This document shows, in pieces, positions 52,480 to 64,000 of a stretch of DNA of 64,000 nucleotides. The notes under the pieces were generated by a model. That model worked only from the letters and a program-made list of their open reading frames with translations, searched no databases and was not told where the DNA came from. The position numbers and the translations under genes are program-made. This stretch comes from Octopus vulgaris (lineage: Eukaryota): contig OX597829.1 of NCBI GenBank assembly GCA_951406725.2, positions 53,692,001 to 53,756,000 on the forward strand. Direction: 5' to 3'. Positions within the stretch are counted from its first letter, which is position 1. Each line of letters starts with the position of its first letter.

Positions 52480-54710
52480 ACAATTATCTCCACCTGCACC
52501 CCACAAGTGGGCCTACCAAATGAACAGAAGGATCACTTTTATAATATTATGCAGGCTACCTCAAAGACAAGTGACAACGATCTCATCTTTGAGGCTAGAG
52601 ATTTTAATGGGCCTGTCAGACAGCATCCTGGTATCTTCATGGTGTTCCTGGGGGCCATGGAATTGGTACCAGAAATGAAGAGGGAACTAGGCTCCTGGAG
52701 TTCTGCGATGCAAATAGACTATTGTTCTGCAACACCAACTTCAGAAAGCCAGCTAGTCACCTGATAGCCTATCAGTCAGGTGACTCTGCTAACCGGATTG
52801 ATTTTATTCTCACCAGACAGTGGGATGCATGGTTGCTCTTAAATGCAAAGACCCTCCCTGGTGAAGTGTGCACCCCTCGACATAGACTAGTTATTAGTGG
52901 CTTTGGACTTGAGGTTAGAAGGATGCCAAAAACCAGACCAATCTGGAAAAGAAGGACTTGGAAGCTTAGGAACCCTTCACATGGTCAAAGATTTAGGGAT
53001 ATCCTTACCAAGAAATTAGACGATAGGGAGGAGGAGCTACAGTCCTGTGACAAAGAAGGCAGCTGGGAATTCCTGCGAGACAGCTTGCTGAGTGCCACAA
53101 ACCAAATCTGTGGCTGGTGCAAAGTCCCTTCCAGACCTAGGGTAACATGATGGTGGAACAATACTGTAGACAGGGCCATTAGAGCAAAGAAACAGGTTTG
53201 GAATGCCTGGAAGAGTTGGGGTACCAGGAGAATGTATCAGAGAGCCAAAAGGGAGGCTAAGAGAAGGTATATATAGCCAAGGGAGTAGCAGAAAAGAAGT
53301 TTGCCAATGTTCAGCGACATGAGAACCAAAGAACTGAAGTATTTCGGATTGCAAGACAGTGTGAGAGAAAAGTGTGATGTCATAGTGGAGAAATGTCTCT
53401 ACATGGCTAATAGTGCCCTTGCATTTAATGATTCTGCAAAGAAAAAGGTTTGGAGATGCTATTATGACAGACTGCTGAACATGAAGAATGAATGGGAGGA
53501 GGAGAGTCTGCCAAAGGTTGACCCAACTGAGGAACCAGCTATCCGAATTGACAGTACCCAGGTAGATAAAGCAATTAAGGATATGAAGACAAGGAAACCC
53601 CTGGCCCATCCAAGATCACAACTGAGATGCTTAAAATATCTGGCGGTGTGGGTTATGGTCTAGTCACCCATATTTTAAATCAGGTGGTTCATGAAGGAGC
53701 CATACCTAATGACTGGTGTAGCAGCACCATAGTTAGCTGCTACAAAGGTAAAGATGATGCCTTAGATAGAAATAACTACAGGGATATCAAATTGTTGGAT
53801 CAGGTGATGAAAGTTACAGAGAAAGTCATAACTCAACTAATTAGGGTGAGAGTTAGCCTAGATGAGATGCAGTTTGGCTTTATGCCAGGTAGAAGCACCA
53901 CTGATTCTATATTTCTGGTAAGGCAACTGCAGGAGAAATACCTAACCAAAGATAAACCTCTGTACTTGGAGAAAGATTTTGACAGAGTCCCTGATCCATT
54001 ATCTGGTGGTCAATGTGGAAACTAGGGATAGAGGAGAGGCTGCTAAGAGCTGTACAAGCTCTGTACTAGGATACTGTCAGTAAGGTGAGGGCTGGCAACG
54101 AGTATAGTGAAGAATTCCGAGTATAAGTAGGGGGTTCAACAAGGATCAGTCCTCAGACCCCTCTTATTCATTATAGTTCTCCAGGCAATAAAAGGAATTC
54201 AAGACAGGCTACCCCTGGGAGCTCTGCTATGCTGATGACTTTACTCTAATAGTCAAGTCACTGCCAGAACTGGAGACAAAGTTTAGGGTGTGGAAGCAAG
54301 GTCTAGAATCGAAGGGCCTTAGTGTTAACTTAGCAAAAACCAAAGTCTTAGCAGGTAGGAAGGCTGCCAAATCATAATCCCCTTCAGGTAGATGGCCTAC
54401 TTGATCTGTAGAAAAGGCATGGGTAGAAACTCCATACGATGCATGCAGTGTAAGCTCCATAGCTTACATAAGAGGTGCAACAATATCAAAGGAAGGTTAA
54501 CCAGGAAAATAGACTTTGTGTGTGGCAGATGCACAGGGCAATAAACACTGAAGATGTACAGAAAACAAATTCCATCACATACCAGGAGAAGAAACTAGAA
54601 GTAGTTAATAGCTTCTGCTACCTAGGTGACCAAGTCAGTAGTAGGGGTGGTTGCTCTGAGAGTGTAGCAACTAGAGTAAGAATAACCTGGGCCAAGTTCA
54701 GGGAGCTAAA
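52480..54710 (+). mobile_element. RTE LINE (EN C-terminus to RT), truncated at a mariner fragment
   Basis: RDFNG, NRIDFIL, RHRLV, NNYRDIKLL, QFGFMPGRST, YADD, FCYLG. Confidence 0.9.
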
Positions 54711-55328
54711 TCTGGCAAATAAGGCTGAAAGTGATACCATGTTGTTTTCTGGCAAGAATTTCATGAGTGAGGTGCAATATGCATTCTTGCCGTGAAGTCC
54801 AATTGTTCATGCTGCACAAACCCGGTCACTTTTGCCAAATGTCCTCCTCCCCCAAATGCTTCAAAACATCATTGATTCTCCTCTGACGATCTTCATGCAC
54901 AAGCTGATGAATTTTCTCTACATTTCTTGGGGTGACACTCTTGGCATGTCTTCAAGATCACTCATTGCCTTCCAGGGATGTTCTTCTGCTTTTGAAGTGC
55001 CTGTGTCACTTGAAACATTGCATACGACCCATAGTCTCATCAACATAAGCTTGCCAAAGCATGCTCAATGTCTTTGTAGCAGACTCCCCAAGTTTAACAC
55101 AAAATTTCATGTTGGCACTTTGTTCCAACTTCCTGTCCATAGCACAAATCACAGCCTACAGCATACACGTGATCACAAAAACACAAATTTCACAACTTGT
55201 CGAGTAAACACAGCAATATCACCTGGCACACTACCCCAGGAAGGTCACTGCTAGCTCTCACTGTGCATGCAAATGTGTGCTGCCATCTGCAGAACTAGTC
55301 TGAGAACTTTTTGATACCACCTCGATGT
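54711..55328 (-). mobile_element. Mariner fragment (internally deleted)
   Basis: TIR-like cgaggtggtatcaaaaagttctcagact; minus-strand IKFCVKLG...E..SMLWQAY HTH start. Confidence 0.65.
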
Positions 55329-55357
55329 ATGTATGTGTGTGTGTGTGTGTATTTATA

Positions 55358-56770
55358 TCATCATCATCATCGTCATTGTTTTATGTCTGCTTTCCATACT
55401 GGCATAGGTTGGACTGTTTGACTGGAAACTGGCAAGCCAGTTGGCTGCACCAGGCTCCAATCTGATCTAAGAAGGTTTCTACAGCTGGATGCCATTCTCT
55501 GAGAGTGTAGTGGGCGCTTTTACATGCCACTGGCACAGCAGCCAGTCAGGTGGTACTGGCATTGGCCACACTTGAATAGTGCTTTTTACATGCCACCAGC
55601 ACAGGTGCCAGTCCGGCAGCACTGGTATCAACCACAACTATGATTTCACTTACTTCAACAGGTCTTTACAAGCATTGGTGGTGGTGGGGGGGTGCTTTTA
55701 AATGGGCCAGTTATGCAACACTGGCATTAGCCATGACTACGATCTCACTTGGCTTGCTGGATCTTCTTAAGCATGGCATTTCTCCAAAGGTCTTGGTCAC
55801 TTGTCATTACTGCAATGAGGCCCAACGTTTGAAGGTCATGCTTCACCACCACATCCCATGTCTTCTTGGGTCTACCTCTTCCACTGTTAGGGTGTGTCAC
55901 TTCTTCACACAGCTGTCCTCATCCATATGCATCACAGGACCACACCAACACAGTTGTCTCACTTGCACACCACATCTAATGCTTCTTATATCCAACTTTT
56001 CTCTCAGGACGTTTACACTGTTGTATATATGCAGTGACATTGCAGAGCATACAAGCATCATTTCTTTCAAGCCTATGCATGTCCTCAGTAGTCACAGCCC
56101 ATGTCTCACTGCTGTGAAGTGTGGCTGTTCACACATGTATCATACAGTCTACCTTTCACCCTGAGCAAGAGGCCCTTTGTTACCAGCAGAGGTAGGAGCT
56201 CTCTGAACTTTGCCCAGCCTATTCTTATTCTACACTTTCAGAGCATCCAACCCTGCTACTGACTAGGTCCCCTAGGTAATGGAAGCTATCAACTATGTCT
56301 AGTTTTTCTCCCTGTAATGTGACGGAAGCTATTTTCTGCACATTTTCAGTGTTTATAGCACCCGAGCATCTGCTACATACAAAAGCTATCTTCCCAGTTA
56401 GCCTTCCTTTGATATTGCTGCACCTCTTATGTGTCCATAGCTTACACTTGGTGCATCTTATAGAGTTTCTACCTACACCTTTTCTACAGATCGAGCAGGG
56501 CCATCTACCTGAAGGGATTTGTGGTTTGTCTGCCTTCCTACTTATTAGGACTTTGGTTTTAGCTATGTTGACTCTAAGGCCCTTCGATTCTAGACCTTGC
56601 CTCCACACCTGAAACTTCTCCTCTAGTTCTGATAGTGACTCAGCAATTAGAGCAAGGTCATCAATATAGAGGAGCTTCCAGAGGCATTCTGTCTTGAATT
56701 CCTCCGTTATTGCCTGGAGGGCTATGATGAACAAGAAGGGGCCGAGGACTGAACCTTAGTGAACTCCTAT
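55358..56770 (-). mobile_element. 5'-truncated RTE LINE with intact PHD-like finger
   Basis: ORF 56225-56734: LLYIDD, GLRVNIAKTK, C4HC3 finger, SFHYLG. Confidence 0.9.
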
Positions 56771-56789
56771 CATCATCATCATCATCATC

Positions 56790-58171
56790 ATTCACTTTAC
56801 ACAGTGTGCTAGGTGCTTTTTACATGCCACTAGCACAGATATGTTTATGCAGCACTGTTACCTGTAAAGGACTAGCTTATATGTATAGATGACAATGATT
56901 TTACTTGGCTTGACACATTTTCTCAACTAAAGCAAATTGTCACAACTCTCAGTCCCTTCACATCTCCTTAGTGAACCCCAACATCTGAAGAGCCATCCTC
57001 ATTACTTTATTCACATTTTCATTTCCACAGGTTCCCTCCACAATCAGAACTCAGTACTTCTTTACACAGCTGTCCTCATCCATACACATCACCTGACCAA
57101 ACCAGCACAGTCTTCTCTTTTGCCCACCACATCTGATGCCTCTTATACCCAGTTTTCCTCTTAAATCACTTACACTCTTCTATTGTGTGTGCACACTAAC
57201 ATTACTCATCCAGCGAAGTATCATCATCATCATTTAACATCTGTTTTCCATGTTGGCTTGGGTTGGAAGGTTTGGCTGGGGCTGGCAAGCTGTAGGGCTA
57301 CACCAGGTTCCAATCTGATTTGACATGGTTTCTACAGCTGGATGCCCTTCCAATCACCAGCTACTCTAAGACTGTAGTGGGTGCTTTTTATGTTCCACTG
57401 GTATGGGTGCCATTGACGTGTCACTAGCATCAGCCACTACTATGACCTCACATTTTCACAAGCACAGTATATTGCCAAAGATTTCGGTCACCTGTCACTG
57501 CCTCCATGAGGTCCAACACTCAAACGGTGCTTTTTATGTCACCAGCATGGGTGCCAGTCAGACAGCATGTTAGCTTCATTTCTTTCAAGCTTTCATAAGT
57601 CCTCTGTAGTCATAGCCCATATTTCACTGCCATGTAGCATAGCTGTACCTACACAGGGCTGGCTCAAGGTATCAGCAACTTGAGCAGTCGCCCAGGGTGC
57701 CATGTGTTAGGGGTCACCAAGGAGGGCATGACAAAAACAAGGAAATTGCCATCACTGTCAGCTTATACATACTGAAATTCAACTTGCCTGGGGTGCAAGC
57801 AACACAAGGGTCAGCCCTAATCATACAATTTGCCTTACACTCTGAGGAAGGGACCCTTAGTTTTTATCAAAGGTAGAAGTTCTCTGAACTTTGCCCGGCC
57901 TGTTCTTATTCTAGAAACTACACTTTCAGAACTTTCCCCTCCACTGTTAGCTTGGTCACCGAGGTAACAGAAGCTATTTAGTACTTCTAATGATACCCTG
58001 CAAGCATTTCAGGAAGTCTGTTGTCTGCATGTTTGCTACACACAAATACAATATTCTTTGTTGACCTTCCTGTGATACTGCTACACTCCTTACATGTCCA
58101 AAGCTTGCACTGGGTACAACGTATGGAGTTTCTACCAACAGCCATTTTACATATCAAGCAGGGCCATCTCC

Positions 58172-58172
<1 letters not shown>
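56790..58172 (-). mobile_element. RTE LINE fragments with nested tail copy and possible hAT-like MITE (57655-57819)
   Basis: PHD finger to 3' UTR similarity; insert ends cagggctggc / gtcagccct. Confidence 0.7.
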
Positions 58173-58223
<51 letters not shown>

Positions 58224-58353
58224 GAATAAATGAAAGAATGGAGTCGAACGAAGATGTTAACAAAATTCCGTTACTCTCGACATTTTCCATGCTGACGATA
58301 AACATAGGATAATTCATTCACCTACTTAAATATATATATATATATAAACATAT

Positions 58354-58462
58354 AGTCTATATTCATTAAAAGAAGAAGAAAATGGAGATTGGAAGTTAAT
58401 AATTGTTTATTACTAACGACCCAATCTCCATTTACTTCTTCTTTTAAATGAATATAAACTGT
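58354..58462. repeat. ~110-bp hairpin between (TA)n tracts
   Basis: aaaagaagaagaaaatggagattgg / ccaatctccatttacttcttctttt. Confidence 0.75.
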
Positions 58463-58576
58463 ATGGTTTTATATATACCTATTATTTTAAGGAATATCAT
58501 TCCTCCAAAATACTAGGTATTGAACCTGTATTTCCTTGGATGAAACCACCTCATCATGAGGTTCACACATCCTCTA

Positions 58577-58642
<66 letters not shown>

Positions 58643-58765
58643 TTAGAGAGTAAAACTCCAAACTTACAGGGAAAAATTCAATTTAGTATTAAGTCAAATT
58701 TCACAATATAAATATATAATATATAAATTAGAGAAAAAATTGCATAATAGTAGTTTTTTCTCTAA

Positions 58766-58817
<52 letters not shown>

Positions 58818-60003
58818 CTCAAAAGCCTAATATAGATCCCTAGCTCCAGCCTCAGCTGTGAACTGGAACCTAATGGATGACCAAATATACCACTTATACA
58901 GTGTACCTATTCATTTAGATCACCAATGGACTAAACTCCTCATATTCTTTATATATACAGCAAACAAGAAAATGGAGGGGATACAAAAATTACATACATC
59001 AGCTAGTAGACATTCTAGTATGTCTGTTTACTCCAAAGTATTAGAAGAATATATGCACATGTAGTGACTATGTGTTACACACACATGTACTAATATTACA
59101 GAAAAGAGCAAAAGATCAGATTGTCAGAAATATATGCACACACACACATTCACTCACATGTATGAAACTTGGTAGTTGGATGAAATAAAGCCACATGATA
59201 GAATTTAGAAACAACAGAAAATGAACTGATTGTTATGGGATTAAGCTTCGATTTTTTTTTTAATATTTTAATTTAGAACATTCAATATGATGCGTAGAGA
59301 ACAGTAAAATACTTTTCAATCATCTGAAGTGCAAAATCCCAGAAGTCGAAAGGCTAAGGAAACACAAAAAGAAAAGTAAGACAGGTTCTAATCTCAGAGA
59401 CACCAAAATGCCATGGGGATACAAGGGCAACGAGAAGTAACAGTTCGGTTTGAAACAACAAGGCAAGCCTACATGAGGGAGAAGAGGGACCAGAGCAGGA
59501 AAGATGGAGATTGGAATCTCAAGCTGATAAACAAACCTGCTTGAGGAAACATGAGACATCAGAGCAGAAACAATGGAGGCTGGAACCTCAAACTGACAGA
59601 AAAGCCTGCTTAAGAGAACAGGTGTTAACAGAACAACTTGAAAACAATGCAGCCAAAGATACCTGCTCCAGAAAAAGGGAAATATCAGAACAATGACCAA
59701 TCGGGTTGGAATTTAGAACTTTTTTCTTCTGAAAAGTGGCAACTAGCAGCCCTTAATTGCAATCTGACACACAGACATTATGTTAGATGCCTTATGAATA
59801 CATTTGAGTGCAATACAGACCGGGGCAAAAGCCAAGTGATCCCTAATATATATAGGTAAATTAATTTAGAAATATGTCTTCTTGTTATCATCTCAGCTTA
59901 TCTATTTTCCCTTCTCTCCTAGTCTGAACTTAACCCTTTCCCTCACACCTACCTGACACTGACCATTTATCTAAACCTACCCCACAAACAGCTATTCTGA
60001 ACA

Positions 60004-60243
60004 CAGTGATCCCTCGCCATATTGCAGTTCACCTATTGTGGTTCACCCATCGCAATTTATTATTTAAGCGTATATCAATTCCTCTGTGGTGTTGTTTTTG
60101 CATTTATAATAAAATTAATATATACAAATTATGAAAATAATTTTTAAAGATATACAGTACAATACTGTTGCTTTTTTGTGGATTTTTACCTATCGTGGGG
60201 GATTTGGGAATGTAATACCTGCAATAGTCGAGGGATTTCTGTA
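60004..60243. mobile_element. pogo/Tigger-like MITE
   Basis: TIRs cagtgatccctcgccatattgcag / ctgcaatagtcgagggatttctg-TA. Confidence 0.7.
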
Positions 60244-61600
60244 TATACATTCTCTTTTAGTACCCCGTTCCCAATTCTTTAACTTTAAATTCTCTATCTC
60301 ACATTACTCCCTCCTTCCCACCAATAGTTTGTCCAAACTGGTAACCCCCCAACCTACACCACTTCCATGTCCTATTCCCTTCATTATCCCATATAGCATC
60401 CCTTGCCTCTACCCATATAAACATATGGTACTTCTTTATACATATCTTCCTCATGTTGTGGATCTTAACCAATCTACCACATTTCATGCATGTTTACTTC
60501 TATATATATGCAACTCTTCAAATGCATTCATATTATTCCACTGAATCTCAATGGACTTTCCCTCCAAACACTGGGTAGACTGCCACTAAAATGTTGGTTG
60601 TAGACAACTTGAAGGAACTGCACGAATTATTCTTGAAACAGCTGTAAGGGAGAGTCTGCACAGCTTTTTCTTCTCTTTCAATTTTAAAGTTCTTTTCCTG
60701 TAATCACCTTCTTTTACCTACTAGACTATAATATATCAATACCACAGACTTGCCTTATGCCTCTCCTTGGAATGTACCTGTGTACGTCACAACTACTATA
60801 AACACCTCATAGTGGAACTTTTACTGATTTCCTGACATATATACTCCTTTGTGCAATTGTTTCTCTGAGTTCTATGAATATAAGTATGTTACAAATCTGA
60901 CCTGATGCCAGTTGTTTGCCTGTCTATCCTGTTATTCTATAATTAATGAGTCAGTCTGAACAGGAGGTTATCTATGGCCAATTCTCATTTAGGCAACTAC
61001 CATATCCCTATATTTATTGATGCATTTAAAATCAGAGGTTAGGCATGAATATAACCTGAGCACTAATTGTATGTACCAATTATGTATCCAGATTGCTAAG
61101 ACTACACAAACACCACCAACTTGCTGTATCCATCAACACTTCTTAATTAACTTCAAATCACCAGCAACTGTCAATCTAGATATACCACCCAAGGTCTGGC
61201 AACCCCATATGCAAGGGCAGAATATTTAATCGCTACCATCTGTAAAGACTACAGCCCCGCTCATGTAGTTCATTCTGCCTCAATTTTAACCTTATACCAT
61301 CACATTTGGTTACTCCCATGAAAACACTGCTACTACTAATGTGTTGACACTACACCAAACAATAACTGAGCTACCTACCCACAATACCCTATCCCAACAT
61401 GTAAGGTGCTATATACAATAACCTGGTGTCACTGAATGCACTACACTGCAGCTGGAAATTTTCACCAATCTTAAAACTTGGTGTAAATGCAATGCCAATG
61501 TCCATAGCCAAATTGATTTTTAAAATATAAAGGGAAAGAGAGGGACTTAGAAGATTATAATAATAGATAGTTTCCTTCTCCATAAGCTCCATCTACATTC

Positions 61601-61897
61601 AGGGATTGGCACTTCCTTATACTTCTGTAGGAAATAATAATGGCTGGGTGTACATTAACGTCGTCATGGCAGATCGTCTGTCGCTGTGACTGGAACAAGT
61701 TGAGTAGCTCTGTGGCCAGAGGTTAGCCCTTATTAGGACTGGAACCAAAGACCGTGATTGGTTGGCTTTGGCCAGTGGTGTGAAATAAGTAGAGACAAAT
61801 CGCGCCACATGTCAACCAATCAGGTTAGTGGTTACAACAGGAACAACTCGGCCAAAGATGGCTGTAATCTCAAACGAGATCATCCTGCCATGTCTCT
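61601..61897 (+). ncRNA. Candidate structured RNA element, unassigned
   Basis: Several stems whose non-Watson-Crick pairs are G-U on the plus strand; GC/CpG-richer than flanks. Confidence 0.35.
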
Positions 61898-62224
61898 CAA
61901 ACAGTGAGGATATCAGAGACCGCTACACTTCTGTCCTTATCCCTAGACATCACATGTCCATACCAATACAGCCTTCATTCTTGCACAATTTTCTCCTATG
62001 CCTGATTTTTCTCACAAAATGTCACCCATGCTCACTTTCATCGCACATCCATATAGAGAATGGTAACGGTCTGTATCTCACTACCATGCAACCAAAAAGA
62101 AAGAGAAAGGAGAATAAATTCAAGTGTAATGTTATATTGTAAAATTGATAGATCACCTTTCAGTTGGGTTATGCATTTTTAGAATTTTTACAAGGAATCG
62201 GTCGACAGTTACTTTGAAGTTTCA

Positions 62225-62373
62225 GCCACACACCTACCCTACAATGTCATTCTAAAAACAAACAATCACATCACTGAAATTTCAAAGTGACAACATTATG
62301 CAAAATTAATACAAAACAAAGAGAATATATAAGTATAGCATTTGACAGAATAATCTGAAAGCTAAAGGGTTAA
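62225..62373. mobile_element. piggyBac-like MITE right half
   Basis: Ends gctaaagggTTAA; matches 6545-6664 plus 7183-7212. Confidence 0.6.
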
Positions 62374-64000
62374 ACAAACTTATTTCACTCACATAAACAG
62401 AACCTTCATACACACTTGGTCAATAAATTTTTCCCAATTTCATTTTAAAAACCAAATGCCATGAAAACAATACCCAAAGTCAAAATTAAAATTTATTTAA
62501 AATATAAGATCTAAATAAAAGTCCTTTTATTTTAATATTTTTTGATAAATTTGGATATGTTGATGAGGATGGAAATTTACAAAATATAGCATGTTTTGTG
62601 TAATTTAAGACGAAGTGAGGCATTTATACATAAATAAAAACACTAAATTGAGATAAGTGAAATTAACCTGTTTTCACCTACATGTAAATATTTAAGGAAA
62701 GTGTTGTTTGTTTTTTTATTATTATTATTAGTAGCAGTGAATACTAATAACTAATATGGAAACAGAAATAAAGAAACAGGAGTCAAAGTCGCAATTTTGA
62801 TTACGGAAAAGTTATTTTTGGTAGAAAATGTCACATTGCATTTAAATTTCGTAACTATTATAGCGAATGAACGAATATTTTAAGTATCATAACTGACATT
62901 ACGATCCGTAAATGTTGACAGCAATTTATATAATTGCAATGAATTTACGGGAACAAAATCATGTTTTATTCAATATTATAAATAAAACATTGAAATAAAA
63001 AAAATAATAAGTTGTTTCTTGAAGTTTTCTGCAGCCTTTTATACAATTTGGTTTTCTGTGGCATTTTTTTTCCGGCAGTTATTTAATAAACTGAACGCAA
63101 AATAAAATAGGTCATCGTCACCTACAAATTACTGAAATGTAGAACTTAACTATTTTCTGACATCTCTCTTTGCATGGAATTTATATATGTGCAAGAAAAT
63201 GATAATACTAATACTAATAATAACAATAATAATAATAATTTGTTTTTAGGACCCCTCCCTCCAAGAAAAACACTACTGTTTGCCTTTACCTGTATATAAC
63301 AAAATTATAATAAACGCTCTGACAACTAGGTAAAACATTAGTGAGTATTTTCTAATTATCTAGAATTATCTTTTTTGCAGTCACTGTCTTACTTCACACA
63401 ATAAATCATTTCCTTAGCACAACAACATGAAATTATTTGGATGAAAAGGTATTTGATATTACAATATAAGTTTTCTAACTGCTTCTATGGTACCGGTTAA
63501 ATTGGCCTCACTGAAAACTGAAACAAGGTTGCAAGCTTGTCATACTAAAAGTTTATTACTTGCTATAGCAAAGACATAAAACTACGAATATTTTGGAGCA
63601 AACAGTCAAGTTATTTTGAATATAATACTTATGAAGACTAGCTACAAAAATAATGGATTTTTTTTTTTACAACTAGAAACAGTAATTTCTCTTTTAAGCA
63701 AGAAATAATGACAAAGAGAAAAGCTACATCCTCATGGTGTCAGCTAATATGAATGAAATTCTGAGAAAATAAAACCTTGCAAAAAATATTAGAAATTGGT
63801 TGTAAACGCCAGAGAAAATTAGCATAGGAATAACTAGAAGAATTTAGTAGTTAGTAGCAACTTTTGAGTATGATTTATGTATGCATAATAAACACTTATA
63901 TCCTTCAAATTTTTAGACTTAAAAATTAAGATTCAAACGTAATTATAAAATTTGTTTTATGTAAATGGAACAAAAATAACAATTATTTTAATACCAATAT

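Noticed and set aside
59320-59859. Purine-rich overlapping ORFs
   Set aside because: No motif recognised; probably decayed repeat.
61715-61835. Telomerase RNA template or pre-miRNA
   Set aside because: No CUAACCCU template on either strand; the hairpin has an asymmetric 8x2 internal loop atypical of pre-miRNAs.

Overview
Repeat-dense, AT-rich eukaryotic DNA. The repeat repertoire (RTE LINEs with (GAT)n tails, tRNA-derived CORE/Meta-type SINEs, long (TA)n/(TATG)n tracts) looks like an octopus or other coleoid cephalopod intron or intergenic region; this is inferred, not proven. I found no host protein-coding exon. Nearly every recognisable ORF is a transposon relic: RTE, CR1-like, CRE, R4/Dong, Penelope-like, mariner/Tc1, Merlin, plus Helitron-like elements and MITEs. 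Main points of interest: (1) many minimal type I hammerhead ribozyme motifs in inverted or partial-tandem Penelope/retrozyme-like repeats, including a ~353-bp circularly permuted, ORF-less monomer with a 9-bp TSD at 5768-6450; (2) a 2-kb ORF1-only, RT-less retroposon with a 14-bp TSD inside a SINE head; (3) a C4HC3 PHD-type finger inserted inside the RT domain of the RTE family; (4) an open-frame CR1-like RT nested in an RTE; (5) an unexplained, highly structured ~300-nt segment at 61601-61897. All alignments and folds were done by eye, so boundaries are approximate unless a TSD or TIR is quoted.
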